From Lama glama (taxonomy: Eukaryota), in NCBI GenBank assembly GCA_028534125.1, contig CM052816.1, forward strand, positions 31,560,001 through 31,624,000: DNA of 64,000 nucleotides, in the 5' to 3' direction. Positions 37,311-51,405 of the stretch are shown one piece after another. The position numbers and the translations under genes were made by a program. The stretch's first letter is position 1. Every line of letters starts with the position of its first letter. A model generated the notes under the pieces. That model did not search any database. It saw only the letters and a list, made by a program, of their open reading frames with translations, and was not told the DNA's origin.

Positions 37311-39944
37311 GAATGGTTCAGGGACATGTCAGATAAATAGCTGAAAATAGAGGCTGGCATTTAGAAGAAAGATCTGTGCTACAGATAGAAGCTTGGACAT
37401 CATCCATCTCAAGACAATGGTGTAACTATGCTTGGATGAGTTTGATCCGGGAGAATGATAGATTCTGACAAAGAGGAGGAGGATGTCTGTACTGTTAGAA
37501 TAGAAGCAATAGTAGTGTGTGGATCTTCAAATGTTACTGTTTTGTTTTTGGTAAAAGGCCTTGTAAAAAGAAGTTAGGTAATTTTGTAGACAATAGTACG
37601 GGGTTTTTAAGCTTAGGTTGAAATACTCAGTTCATCAAGATAAGGAAGAGGAGGCTAAAGTATATGTGAATTCTTTTAACTCTAAGGATGAGATAAATAT
37701 GAACATACTTGAAAGTGGGGCCAGGTAGGACGAAGGTCTTAACATAGAGTAGATGGTACCTGCTGGGCCTCTGGTTGCTGGGATTAGAGGTCTCTTCCTT
37801 GAAAACGGTATTTTAATGAGACAAGTCAAATGTAAATAAACAGTGATTATCTAAGGACAGCATTTGGTCCGCCTGACTCTGCACTGGAAAAGGATCTGGA
37901 AAGGAATTTGGGAGGGTTGTGAGGTGTGGTCAGAGTGAGATCACTGGGATGTTAGCCTTGGAGTTGTAAACAAAGGACAAAATTGACTTTTTATGCTATA
38001 CCAGATACCAGAGCTTCTCCTGTGCTGTAACCTGTCCTGTCTTGCTTAGTGTCAGTGAAAATAAAATCAGTGTTTTTGTGTATCTGGGTTGCCATTTCTT
38101 TCTCTCTGGTGATCACTGTGGCGTAGGGTGAAACCCCAAGACTGGGAGAATGTAGAATTCATTCTCCTGCATGTGGGAGCTTTTGTGAATTGATTTGATC
38201 TGGCCACTGAGGAAAGTTAAGCCTTCCCAGTAGAGTGAGGATTGAAAGAAAAGAATCTACAGGGAATGGGTAGGCTGAAAAGAGAGGGCGACCAAGGGTA
38301 ATCTCTGAGGTTCCCTGAGGGATTATTAACAGCAGCTGAAACTTTAAAGGCTTTTATCCAGGATGGAACTACCTCTTGCCTTAAATCTAGTTTCCCATGG
38401 AAACAATCTTGTATTTTCATTTTCCAGTTGCTAAACTTCATATTTCTTTGTTAAGCCTCCTCTCTTTGACCATGTTCAACTTCTACTTCCAGATCTGGAA
38501 GTCTGTAACTATGCTGAGAATAGTTCTCTGGATGAGAGGAGACGCAGCATGTGCTGCCCCTACATCGTGGAATTCAGAAAGAAAGGAAGGAAGAGGGAAT
38601 GAAAGAAAGGAAGGGGGGAAGGAAGGAAGGCAGGCTGATATCTGGCTATCATTATCAATCTTACTCTGGCTCCTATGAAATTTCAGAAGTTTAATGATGC
38701 TGGGTTGCCCATTTTCCAGTTCCAGAGGAAAATATTTCAGGGATGTTTAAGAAGATTTCTGCATCAAACAGGAGTAGGTATGGTGTTTAGAACCTCCCTT
38801 CTCACAAATTCTCTGGTCCTTCCAGGTATAAGATAGAAACAAAAGCCTGAGATGGTAACTGTTCACAGAACATCAGACTCAAGGACCATTCCCACCCAAC
38901 TGATTCCATGTGGCCATTCTCAGTTGTTTATCCTTTCTTCCTGTTTCCTTTCCTGGTACCTTGAGGGATGTTGATAGTATGTTTCTCTGTTTACCCACCT
39001 TCCCTTGCCTTACTCTTTTCCCTACTTTCTTCCTTTTTCTTTATTCTTGTGGCTTTTTCTGTGCTTAACTCTTTTTTGTTTGTTTGTTTCATTCATTGCT
39101 TGCTTTGGTCAGTTTTTATCTATGTGAATTAAGTCTGTCTACTTGAAAGTTTGAAATGAAGTATTAAATATAATGTTATTCTGGAAATATGGGGTATTAA
39201 GATTCCAAGGGCACTGCAAAGAGGCCTCAAAGGACCACCACCTATGAGCACAGAGGGAAGTCAATGCTGTCGCAAATTACAACTGTTGCCTGACACTTCA
39301 GTCTATAAATTGCTACCTTAGTGCTCTAAGTAACTAGTTTTTTCTTTGGTTTTAGTGTTTACTTAAAAATACACAACAGTGCTCTTTCAGAAAAGGTCAT
39401 AGATATTATTCAAGTTGTAGTCATCTTTTAGGTTAGGAAGATTTCCGCCCTTCCATAATCAGACAGGATATTTTGCCAATGTTAAAAACACATCACTTTA
39501 AACTAAAAATTAAAGGCAACATAACATGGGAACTAGTCTCCTCATTTTGGATTACTACTTTGGAGTTTTAAAGTTGAGCTACCTTAAAAAAAATTTTTTT
39601 TTAACAGCTTGAGCTACTTAAATTTTTTTTTTTTAGTAAAAATTTTCTCAGGTATTTAAGGGAAAAGGTATTCCCTGCTTTTTTTTTTTAATTTTTTTTA
39701 AAGTAAGGAAAAGCTTCCTGCTTGGTGGAATTAATTTTTGGTCAAGAATGGCAATTTTTGGTGATTGAAGTAAAACACGCAGATGATGATGAACACATGC
39801 TAGCTTTTCATAGTAAGAGGACCCTGATACCCCAGGAGAATTTTGCTGAATGTTGGGTGAATTAGGATAATTTCAGCTATACCCTTTTTGCTGTATCTTT
39901 CTTGACCAAAAGCATAGTTTATGAAATGGCCAGCTGGTGTTAGT

Positions 39945-40335
39945 GTATGGACTAGTCAGCACCAGCTATACTGACTCTGAAATGTTGACTGTTGTCAAAT
40001 ATCAAAAGGATTACTTTTCAGGCATGGAAGGTATCCAATGGTGGGTTCCTTGTAGGTACTCAGAGATTCAGGCTGATGGAGGCTCCCCCATCTTGGAGCT
40101 TACCTGCTGGGAATGCTCTTAGGTTGCTGCAAGCAGCGGAGGGAAGTGAAAGATCATGCAAGATGTTTTTAAGAGCCAGGCTTAGAAGTGTCCTACTTCT
40201 GCAAACATCTTATTTGCTAGAACCCAGTCATTTTGCCCCAACCAACTGCAAGGAAGACTGGGAAATGCTGTCTTCCTGTGTGCTCAGGAAAAGGGATATG
40301 AAATGAAATTTTGTCAATACCTGGGAATATCTCTG
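39945..40335 (-). mobile_element. Old MaLR LTR (MLT1K/L-like)
   Basis: actcagagattcaggctgatggaggctcc...accaactgcaaggaagactgggaaatg. Confidence 0.6.
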
Positions 40336-41924
40336 CTCAGTCTACTTTTCCAATGATCTCTTCACAACAGGTCACAATCACCTTCTCTCCAAGGGTAACA
40401 GTCTGAACATGAATCCAGTCACTCCACCCAGCTTTTAGTCCAGAATCTCTAGGTGATTCACAGCAGTTTTTGTTAGCTCCATGGACTCCTCCTTGGTCCT
40501 CTGAACTAAAGAGATAAGATTTTTGCCCCCCTAACTTTGTACATAATTCTGGAGTTATTCTACACTTCTATTTGAAAGGGGGAAGGATGGCAGACTTACA
40601 GTAGTTTACAGCCATCCCGAAACCCCACTGGACAGGCATTGTGAAGGCCCCCTGACTCTGGAGTTGTGGATGGTACCTTAATTAGACCCTGCTATTCTTG
40701 GATACTGGGTGTCTCTGGAGGCTTGGCTGTCCTTACCTGATGGAATTTTTTGAGCAGATGAGAAATGTCATTGAAGCTGTACTTCAGGAAGTGCATTTGG
40801 GTCACAGAAACAAGTTAGCGAGTTATTGCATACATTCTACGAACAGATAATTATCCCCTGAACCATCCTGGGGGACCAGTGAGAAAGGGAGGAAGCAATC
40901 CATGTAAGAGGCACCTTGGAGGGCACATTCAAATGGCTTGTTGACTGGTTGGGGGTAGGTGGGGAGGGAGAGGAAAGGAACTCTGACTCTAAGGGCTTAT
41001 TCCTGGGTGACACGGAGGATGGTGGTGAGGTAGGGAATTCTACAGTCAGTGCTGACTTTGTGGAAGATGAGTTTGGTTTTGACCAATATTTTGTACATAA
41101 CCCACTCACACAGAGGACATGACCCATGTCCTAACTTCATTAATGCAAGGGGCTTCCTGATTATAAATTTTAGTGGAAAATGTTTTTTACGTTTAAGAAA
41201 CTTTAAGTAAATGCATGTTCTACATGGCAATCAAGTATTCGTTGAGCATTAAAAGTTATTAGCGTAATGCTTGGTGTCAAAATGGGTCACCTTGTTATTA
41301 AAATGCGTTGAGTGTGTTTCTCCTGGGAAATGTTTCCTTGTCACCAGCCTTACTTGAGCTGCTTTAGTGAAAAGGACCTCTCTGCTTTGAATGGCAGCCC
41401 ACGCTATTGTTGGGCAGTTCTAGTTGTTGATAACTTCAATTTTATATTGAGCTGAAAGTTGTTTGCTTGAAACTTCTGCTCAGAGTACCCAGCTTTTAAC
41501 TATAGCAATACACAGGACAAGTTAATATTTTTAGAATCTAGAAGGCAGCAGCTTGCTCCCTTATCTTCTTTCTTTTAGCTAAGCCACTCTTGTTTCTCCA
41601 TTGCTTTTGTGGGAATTACTTTGTAGGACCCTCCACAGGCTGCTGTTGGAGGCACCTGCAGGGGCTCACGCTTGCTTTCTGGGACATGCTGGCCCCATAG
41701 GTCCTGATGGTGGCAGAGGCTGCATATGCTTAGACACGATCAGATGGTCTCTCTGCTCTATGATAATCTGGTCAGGAATCGCTGATGAAGGGGACCCTTA
41801 ACTTTCAGAGACCTTTACTTGTAAACCTCCCCTTAGAAGTGGACTCGACTCTGAGTTGAATAATGGATTTACCACTCGGAACATGTTTCTGTTGCTCTCC
41901 CTGAGTATAAGACAGTTGGTGAAT

Positions 41925-42482
41925 GCCTATAGCCGGCACTCCTGCTGGCCCACCAGATAGCCGCTTTCCTTCTTTGTTCTTCCTAACAGAGCCTCCGTTT
42001 ATTTGTTGAGACCTTCATCCTTCTCTCACACGTCTCTCCATGTGCTTTAGGGAAAGCTGTCTCCACTTCCAGCCCTACTGGTGGATGCTAGTCCGTCTCT
42101 GACAATACTGGGAATCTCAAACTTTCTGTGCGCTGCTGCTTTATGTGTGGGGTAGCAACCCAGGTCTGGTAAATGAGACGTGAGGGGAGATTTCTGGGGA
42201 TGGGGGCTTCTGGGAGATGTTTCCTTCTTCCAAAGTGGAAGCCACAGGAGAAGTGACACCTTTCTGCTTATGGACTTTACTGCATCTGATATGAAGTTAG
42301 AACTCTCACAGCCATCTGAAGGACGAAGCCAACGCACAGAGAACAAAGCCAAGTGAATCACGGGAATTGGATGGCCAGATTTCTGAACTTCTTGTATTTA
42401 AAGTTAACACATTTTGGTGTCATCTGTGGTAGCTTCAGTTGGTATTTTCAGTTACCAGCAACTGAAAGCATCCCAACTGTAT
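41925..42482 (+). mobile_element. Old MaLR LTR (MLT1J/K-like)
   Basis: ctttgttcttcctaacagagcc...ttggtattttcagttaccagcaactgaaagcatcccaactg. Confidence 0.65.
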
Positions 42483-43124
42483 GGCGACTCTTTTAAAATG
42501 AGGCACTAGGAAGAGGAGACAAGTGTGAGAACAATTGAGACAGCACCTCCATTGTTACATATGCGATACTTGTGGAAATGGGAACGTACTCTAAGGTGGA
42601 TGGGTAGATAGATTCCATCACACATTTGTCACATACTGATCTTCAGACAACTAAGATGTTCAAGTTTCTTTTTTCCCTTCAGATTCCATTTTATGTATAA
42701 ATAAGACTCCCCCAAACCCCTTTTCCAAAAGCTATAACGCAGAGAAAATGTTTGGGAGCGGTCAGATTTCTGACCAATCAGAAAATCTTCTGGAAGAGAG
42801 CCTAATTTGTGGTATTTCATAATCAGTGGAGTCAAGAGTCATTGATTACTTATGGAAATTTCTCCAGCGGACTGTGCACGTGTGGAGATGACCCAGTGGC
42901 TGCCTCAGATGCCTCTGGATATAGTAGCTCTGTATTCAGCCAACTGTGAACTTGTCAGAGAACTGCAGACCCTCCTCCTCACCCCACCCCCTTACCCCAA
43001 ACAACCCTGCAACAGCTAGCCTGGACAGAGTCCAGCTTTCCTGCCCTTGCTAGGGTCCACTCTGCTGACATACCCAAACACGCTAGAATGTGAGCATTTT
43101 CCTCTTGCCTAGAAATACTGTCAA

Positions 43125-43190
43125 CCTGAGCTCATTTCAGAGGCATGTCCTTTTCCAGCCCACTGGCTTCCCCTCTGAAATGAGCTCAGG
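43125..43190. repeat. Perfect 19-bp inverted repeat with 28-nt spacer
   Basis: CCTGAGCTCATTTCAGAGG (43125-43143) and CCTCTGAAATGAGCTCAGG (43172-43190) are exact reverse complements. Confidence 0.95.
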
Positions 43191-45089
43191 CTCATCTGAG
43201 CTAGGAGTATAAATCCCTTCCCTGAATCAGTTTCTCCTCTCAGACAGGTGTCCCGGTGCTCTGATTACAAGGCTGCCAAACACATTTGCTTGTGTATGAA
43301 GTCAACCATAGGGGTAATGAAAAATGTCAAGTCTTTGACACCTTGCCTTTCTTAATAATAAGCTGTCAGCTGCTGAAGACAGAAACTTCAAATCCTCCCA
43401 TCCCCTCCCCTCTCCTAGACCAGGAATTGGGCTTTCATGGTTTTGCAGGAAATTCACATAATCACTTATTCAGTTATTTGCTATTATGTAACCTCAAATG
43501 GCAGTGAACACCCTGGAAGAATCTTTCTGCAGGATCCTTCAGCTCAAGCAGTGGAGAAATCCAATAGCCTGTGGGCTGGCAGCCAATCCTTATAAGCTCT
43601 ATCAGTCATCTCTGCTTCAGAGCCTGTGTCTCCCCTGTGAGAGTCAAAAAGACCCCAGAATGTGGCAAGTGTCTGTAGGCTTGCAGGACACACTTGAGTG
43701 GCCAGTTGGTCCTTGTGTGGCATCATTGTGTATGTGGCACTGGCTTGGTGAGCACAGAGACTTCTTTTGGGAAGCCGCTCAGTAGAGTGGCTCTGGATGA
43801 ATGTTTCCAGTAGCTTTCAAGAATTGTTTTTGACTGTACGTAGTGAGCATCACGGCTGTTTTTGACTTAGCCAAGCAGCACAGGGAAGGATGTATCCTTC
43901 TGGGAACTGTTCTAAATAACACAATGATAAAGCACTTTTGTAGGGAGGAAGAATGCATCACCACTTATTCTTACAGTGAAGAGTGGAGTGTGTAGAAGTC
44001 ATCAGGTCTCCACCTTTGACACTGAAAAGTGTGCTTTTCAGTGTGGATCATCAGGAGGATCCTCTGGGTTTATGTGTATGGATTTCTTCTGAAAGAGTCA
44101 AGGCTCTTTTGCATGAATTATGTTCCATATTATTTTATACTTCTGCTGGATATTTGGAGCATCAAGTTTACTCCTTGTGATGGAGGAATTGGAACCATGT
44201 GATGTGATCCAGGAATGCCCATAATTGATTGCTTCTCTCCATTTAGTTTTTGAGAAACACAAATATAATACACAAGGAGGCAGTGACCTACAACTAGAAG
44301 GCAAAGTCCTACTTTATTATTTGCTATATCTTTGGACCCAACTTCCTGGAACCTGAGCAGGACCACCTGGAGTTCATCTTTCCCAAGATAGTGAGCATTT
44401 TCTGTTTTGTCTCTTGAAGCTCACACCCAAATTTTTGATCTTGCCACCAGGGGAGGAGCATCCAACACACACATTACCTGTGCTGGAGGTGTCCACCTGG
44501 CATAGAGTAGAACCGGTGGAGGCTGCCTGATAACCCCAGCTCTTTTCTGGAGGGCCAGGCTGAGGTGCTTTTATGTATGTGCTTAGGACCCCTGAAAAGC
44601 TGGGGCAAAGAGAAGAAAAGTCAACTCCTTTGAATATTCCTAGAAAAATCTAAAAAGAAATTTCTATTATAAGCATTTAGTTTTTGTTCCATTTTGAAGA
44701 AACTTAAATTTTTTCTTTCATTATGTGTGTCAAATACTACGATATTTTTAGTGCTTAGGTCTTTAGAGATCTTGGTCCAGCCAAGATCTTCTCTTTCTCC
44801 TGGAGAGGGAAGTAAGGACGTGTGAAAGAGTGTGGCGATGGCAGGACTTATTTGGTCAGGAGAATTTTCTGCTCTGGATCCACGGGTGTAAGAGACAGAG
44901 GGGAGAGGGCCATGCCTGAGAGCTGAGCTTTTAGTGCCGAGTGACTCCACCTCAAGCAAATATGATCCACCCAGTGTTTCCATGTCTGATTAATCCACAT
45001 CGACTCTTCCTTCCAGGAAGCAAAGAACCCAGGTAGGGAACATAAGGGAGAATAGAGGTAAACCATGGACTTATTTCACTTATCTTAGT

Positions 45090-45245
45090 ATATATCAGAG
45101 TCACCTGCAGAACTTGTTAAAATACAGGTTGCTAGGCCATATCCCCTGAGTCTCTGATCCCGTAAATGTGGGTTTGGGATTAAGAATTTGCATTTCTAAC
45201 ATGTTTCCAGATGATGCTGATGCCACTGGTCAAGGAACCTCAGTG
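45090..45245. mobile_element. MER5A-like DNA transposon
   Basis: agaatttgcatttctaacatgtttccagatgatgctgatgccactggtc. Confidence 0.8.
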
Positions 45246-45319
45246 TGCATCCAAGGACGTCGCTGCCCCGCCCCCACCCCCTTTCCTGCCACTCCCTCCC
45301 AGTCCAGCCCGCGACGCCA

Positions 45320-45545
45320 GCACCGGAGCCAAAGAGACCTGGGGTCCAGTTCTGGCTCAGCCCCTTGATAGCTGAATAATCCTGGTCCAGTATCTTAACC
45401 TCAGTTTGTATCAGTTACCTCATCTGTAAAATACATTCAGTAATAGTTCAGTAATGGTACTTAGTCAAAAAGAGATGAGAGAATTAAGATAATGTATATA
45501 AAGCATGATGTTTAGTACATCCTAAGTGTCCAATAAATATGAATT
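45320..45545 (+). mobile_element. MIR SINE
   Basis: ggagccaaagagacctggg...cctcatctgtaaaat...caataaat. Confidence 0.7.
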
Positions 45546-47929
45546 CACCGCTTATATTTTTATGTCACTTATTTAGATGCATCGTAACTGTTTATGTGCT
45601 CACCTGTCTCCTACATTAGAGTCAATATGTCTTGATATTATTCAGTTTAGAATCCCAAACTCTTAGCCAGGTACATAGTAGGGTGTTTCATAAATGTTGG
45701 AACAGATGAATGGTCATCAAGCTCTAGTTCATTTTCTAAAAGTGGTTTTTAAAATAAAACAAGTGAAAAATATTTGAAGATCATTGACTATACATAAGTT
45801 ATATTTTGTTAAAAAGAGTGTTTTAACCTTTTTCCAAGTTCAGTACCCCCTCTAACTTGCCTCCCTAAGATGACAGTGTCTCATTTAATTTTCTACTGAT
45901 GAGAGAACATTTTCAGAGACTTTCTTTTTGGTCTTTTGAGGATAATCTCATTTAAAGATTTTTAAAGTCATGTAACATTTTTTGTAACCCAGAGCATTAA
46001 TGTGGTTAACCTTTAGGATTTGCCTTCCTGTCTGGAAGCAGTTAAACTGAGAACCAGAGGTGACTGGAAGTTGGAGGCTGCCTTCTTGTGCTCAAGTAAA
46101 TCAGAGTGGTTAACATTTTATTTTATGTTTGGAAGAATTGGATCTCTTTTGACTCTGCTTTTAAGGATGTCAGTGTCAGGTTAATTTAGACACTGATACA
46201 AAATAGAGTACTTTTGTATGATGACTACAGACTATAAAAAACCTTCTGCCTCTTATTCTAGTCATTTGTTTTCTTATTTATTTATTTTCTTAAAAATTGT
46301 ACTTAAAAAAATCACCAGATCCTTATCGCATATTTCAAGACTTACAGACTTTAGAATTATTACGTAGGTGTAATTTCATAGACTAGCTACTCAGTATGTT
46401 ATTTAGCTGACAATTTTTACAGTGTATATTAGCATCTCCATTTTGACTATGGAATTGTCACTCTTTTGTAGGTGCTCGACATTATCATATGCTCTTCTTT
46501 GGTCACTTGCTAATATCTTATACATCAACTTCTGTGGGTGTCTAGCCACATAACAAAGAGAAGTTCGCTCCAGATGGGAAGAAATTCAGGTTGTTAAATG
46601 TTTTTCAGTGGCATTCATGTACAATTTTATCAGAATGCTTGCTTTTACATAATAACAGTGGTTTGGGACTCTCCATAGCCTAAGAGTTTTAGATGGCAGC
46701 AGGTAGAGTAAGAGGAACTATCCTCCCTCCCTGCCATAAGCAGTGCTGTTTAACATAGTAGCTCAGGTTAGAGATGCAGAGAATGGAGCAGGGTTGTCTG
46801 TGTGGAGAGGGAGAGGGCTTGCGGGAGTCTAGGATCCCAGTCTCTTTTTCCCCTGTGCAGGGGTCACAGTGCAGGGCGAGGAGGGCTTTGGACAGAATCA
46901 GTCCACAGCCTGTCTCTCCTCTTGCTCCTTTGAGCCTTTCTCCCATCTCTACATCAGCACAGACTCTGATTCTCTCATCCCAAGCACTGGAGATTGATCT
47001 TCCAGGGCAGCAGTAAATGCTTTCATTCCCTCCAAACAGCAGGCTGGCTCTGGGCAGCACATCCTCACTGTTGGTGACAGGGGTTTATTTTCTCGGTGAC
47101 TTCGGGTCTTGGGGCTGGCAGAGATGCTGATGCTGTGGATGGCGGTGCGGCAGTCACTTCATTACCAAGCCGTCCACGTGCACAGACTCATCCTTCAGGC
47201 TCGCACATCCGTCCGCCTGTGACATGTAGACAGTGGCTGTCACCTTGCGGCTAGAGCACTGCGCGGGCCTCACTTCGAAGGTGACTCGTTTGCTGTTTGT
47301 TCACATAGTCTTAGGTCTAGTTAGTGTGATACCTGTTTCTCTGACAGGTAATCCAAGACAGAGAAACCTGAAAATAAATGTTTATTGATTCTGGAGTACA
47401 AAGGCACTATGCGCTCATTATAAAAACCCAAATATCTCAGACATCTGTAATGGAGAAAATGAAAGTTCTTTCTAATTCAACCCCCGGCCCCCAGGAGATC
47501 CCAGTTGTTAGCAGTTTGGTGAAGGAGTTCTCCTGTTTGGCTAGTTGCCTCTGCCAGTCCTCACATTCACTCCCAAAGTGTGGTGTGTGACACACAAGAC
47601 ATGGTTTTAGGTGGTATAGGGATGAACTTGTTTCATTTTAATATTCTGCATTTATTTTCCAAGTGTATCAGAAAAACATACTCACGTACTGAACTCAAGA
47701 TTTCATGGATACTATAATTTTTCTCCTCCAGTACATTCATTTTTATAAAAAATTGGTTGATTTCTAAGAAACAAGTGAATAATAGCACAGGTCATATAGA
47801 ATATGACAACATTTTTGAAGGTAGTACCTTAATACTACCCTGAATTTGAAAAATTTTCACAAACAGTTATTATTACTTCCAGTGAAATTTTATAGTGTTA
47901 TTCTATAATAATCATTTAATGGTATTATT

Positions 47930-48420
47930 CTGTAATTTTCCTTTACACAACCATATTAGGCATGTTTCTATCTCAGAACGTGTTTGTGGGTGCATAGAAT
48001 TCTATTTGTGGTCTATTCATAGATGAACTAAAAGTTACTTAACTAACTATGTGATGATGGTCACAGGGTTATTCTCAATTTTTTTGCTGTCACAGTCAGT
48101 GCTCCCATAAACAGGTATGTCTACGTGTATTTTTTGCATTCCACAAGTGTTTCTACAGGATTAATTTCTAGAAATGAGAGTGATAGGTTAAAGGATATAA
48201 ACATTTACTTTTTTTTTTAATATTGTCAATTTCCCTCAAAGATGCTCTGTGAATTACATTCCTGCCAACAGTGTGTGGGGAGTGCCTGCTCTCCACTTAA
48301 CTATTGTCGGATATAATCAGTCTTTTAAATCCTTGTCTGATGACAGTCCTTGAACTGCTTACGTGAGTGGTTCTGTTTCTTTTGTGATTACTAGTTTACA
48401 TCCTGTGCCCATTTTGCTTT
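47930..48420 (-). mobile_element. Ancient L1 (L1ME-like) fragment
   Basis: acaggattaatttctagaaatg...ttacattcctgccaacagtgtgtg. Confidence 0.6.
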
Positions 48421-48839
48421 TAGGTAGTCCAAGTTTTCTTTTATAACCCTCCGTAGAGTTTTATAGTTGTCTCCTTAAAACTCCAGTATATTTTTATACT
48501 TACTTCCAGAGAACTCCTTTAAATGTCCCTAAACGCAGTGTAGATTATTGTAATTCAGGCAGAAGTAGAGAAGTCATCTAGAGAAACCAGATGGTTCTCA
48601 CTGGATGAATTTATCTTGATGTGGTTATCATATTTTGAGAGAGAGATCTAGGAATTTCTGTGTTTTTTGAAGTCCAGAATCACGACTTTATCACTGTAGA
48701 AAAAGGTATCAGTTCTCCAGAACTGCTTTACTGAAACTCCAGTCACAAAAGACTATTGACTAAACTAAATCATCAAATAAAAAAACCTACTATACTAAAT
48801 AGCTGATGCTAATACATAAATAATAAATAAGCTATAAAT

Positions 48840-49460
48840 GCAAACAAACATTTATTGAGCACCTACTATATGCCAGGCTACTCTGCTAAATGTGGAAGAT
48901 GCAAAGGTGACTAAGAAGTGGCTCTGTTTTCAAAGTGTTAATATTTCAAAGGAAGACACACATTTATACATGTAATTGCAATAAAATGTTGTAGGTATTA
49001 TGATCTGATGTGCAGAGCAGAGAGACGCAGCACAGGGATTTCTTTCTACCTATAGTAGTGTGAAAAGGGTGGTTGTCAGGAAGGCTTCAGAGGGGAAGTG
49101 TGTCTGAGGTGGAGTTCTGGAAGATGAGCGGGGAAGAAAACCCCTTCACAAAGGCAGGGCTGTGTGAAATGTCATGGAGTTTCCAAAGAGCCTTTAGAGG
49201 CATCATTATGACTGGGGAATAGGTGGGCTCATTGGGGACAAGCTGGGGGTGAACTGTGGAGGGTCTTTTATGCCATCAAAGAGTTTGGGATTTTTCCTGC
49301 AGCAGTGTGGAGTCGTTGGAGGCATTAAACAGGAGAGGAATGTGGGGGAGGTTTGGGTTTTAGAGGGGTTACTCTGACTTCCGGTGGAGAATGGGATGCT
49401 GTCAGGATGTCCCATGGATAGGTTGTAGTGATTTGGGGGTGAGGGAGGGAGCAGAGCTCA
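48840..49460 (-). mobile_element. L2 3' portion
   Basis: caaacatttattgagcacctactatatgccagg. Confidence 0.75.
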
Positions 49461-50249
49461 GAGACTTGTTCTGGGTGGATGATAACGGCATTCCCCTGCT
49501 TAAGAGCAGACTTTGGGGAAGAGAGGGTTTGGTCCACTTTATAGATTGAATGTGTGGTACCTCTGGGAAGCCCAGGGGGAGAGTTGGAACAGTTGGCTGA
49601 GTGGGCCCAACTCTCACATTCGCACATTTATTTGGTGGAGATTTCTTGTTTGTTCTGTGCCTTGCACCTTAGATTAGAGGAAATGCTTCCAAAACCCCTC
49701 AGCCACATACTTACAGACAGTTCCTTTGCTACTTCTTGCCATTCCTTAGGTGGCTAATATCCTTCACGTTTTTCATTTTTCTGAATTTTATTCTCCACCT
49801 TGTATGATCACTTTGTTGTTTCCATAAACTGACCACATACACTTACAGAAGAGACAGAGAGTAGACTCATTTATTAAACTACACATTTTTTACATCAGAA
49901 TTTCATATTTTCATCTGTTTCAGATGTATCATCTGAAATAAACATGTGCATTTTTCACTTAAAGCTTTCATCCTAGACTACTGTACACTGTACACCAAAT
50001 TTTCAGAGATAATCTGTGTTAAGGGGTATTATAAAAAACAGACAACTACCTAAACACCAAAGGAAAACTCCTGTATTATTTTTATTATAAGTAGTAACAT
50101 TAATGATGATGAAATTTACCATTTATGGTGTACCTATTGTGTACCTAGTCCTGGGGACATTATGTTTTGTTTACATGCAGACATTATGTAATTCACATGA
50201 CAACCCTGTGGGGTATCTATTGTTCTTTGCATTTTGTGGAGGACATTTT

Positions 50250-51405
50250 TCCCCTTCATACCTATCTAGAGGCTCTTTCACAAAGTCTTTTGTGGCCTTG
50301 TCTTCCTCCGGACATCCCTTATGTACTGATGTTTCCCAGGTCTTTTTCTCTTCTGTGTACACCTTTGAGTGATTTCACCTGCTACGTGCCTTCACTCAGC
50401 ACCTGTATGCCCATGAGCTTCATGTCTCTGTGTTCTGTCCAGATCTCTCTTTTGAGCTCCAGACTAGTTATCCCAGTGTCCACTGGCCCTCTCCAGGTGG
50501 CTGTGTCCTTGGCACATCAAATTTAGCACATCTAAACTTGGACTCATTGTCTTTCCAAAATAGGCACAGGCTCCAGGAGTCCCTCTTTTTGGAATGGCAT
50601 CGATGTGTAGGCCAGAAACCTGAAAGTTATTCCTCCCTCCTTTTTCTTTCTTTTCCTCACATCACCCTGTCTCCAGTTTCTGTTGATTCTGGCTCCTAAC
50701 TCTCACACACAGCCTCTCCATATTTCTCCTCTGCTGGGGCCTGAGTTTGGGTCCTTAACATTTATCACCTCGATTATGGCAGCAGCCTCCCACTGACCTC
50801 TTTTTCTGTGTCTCCTTTTCCCTCCAAATCTTTCTCAAGAAACCTGTAAGGTAAGAAACCTGCCAAAGAGAAACCTCTGATTCTGTCTTTTCCTCTTCTG
50901 CTGTGTAGTGATCCACGATTCTCATAGTTCACTCCACACACCTTGGGATAACCAGTCAGTCCTTGTTTCTGCCTCATTTTCTGCCAGGCTCTTTCCTACC
51001 CACCACTTTTAACCTACATCAGGATTCTTCTCTTTCATTGTTCTGCTGTGCTCCTTTATCCTTGGAGCCTCTATACGCCCTGCCCTCCGTGCCTGAAACG
51101 TTCTTCTATCCCTGATGGCTGCCTGGCTCCTACTCCCCTTTTGTGCTCAGCCGGGGTGCTATGTCTGCTGGAAGCCCCCCTCTGCAGGTTACATGAGGGG
51201 CCCCCTATGCTCCCCGCTGCCCACCATCAAAGCACCCACAATGCTCTTTTGAAATGATTATCTGTCCTGCCTTGTTCTGAAGTCCACAAAGGTAGGGAGG
51301 GAGTAGATCTTACCACTGCAACCCCAGCCCCACTCAGTTGATTTCCCGGTGTAGATTAAGTGCTCAGTAATTACAGAATAAATGCATGCATGCATGAATG
51401 AGTGA
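50250..51405 (+). mobile_element. L2 fragments to 3' end
   Basis: ccagatctctcttttgagctccagact...tgctcagtaa...gaatgagtga. Confidence 0.65.

Noticed and set aside
49918..49938. Short palindrome tttcagatg-tat-catctgaaa
   Set aside because: 9-bp arms are too short to distinguish from chance in 64 kb
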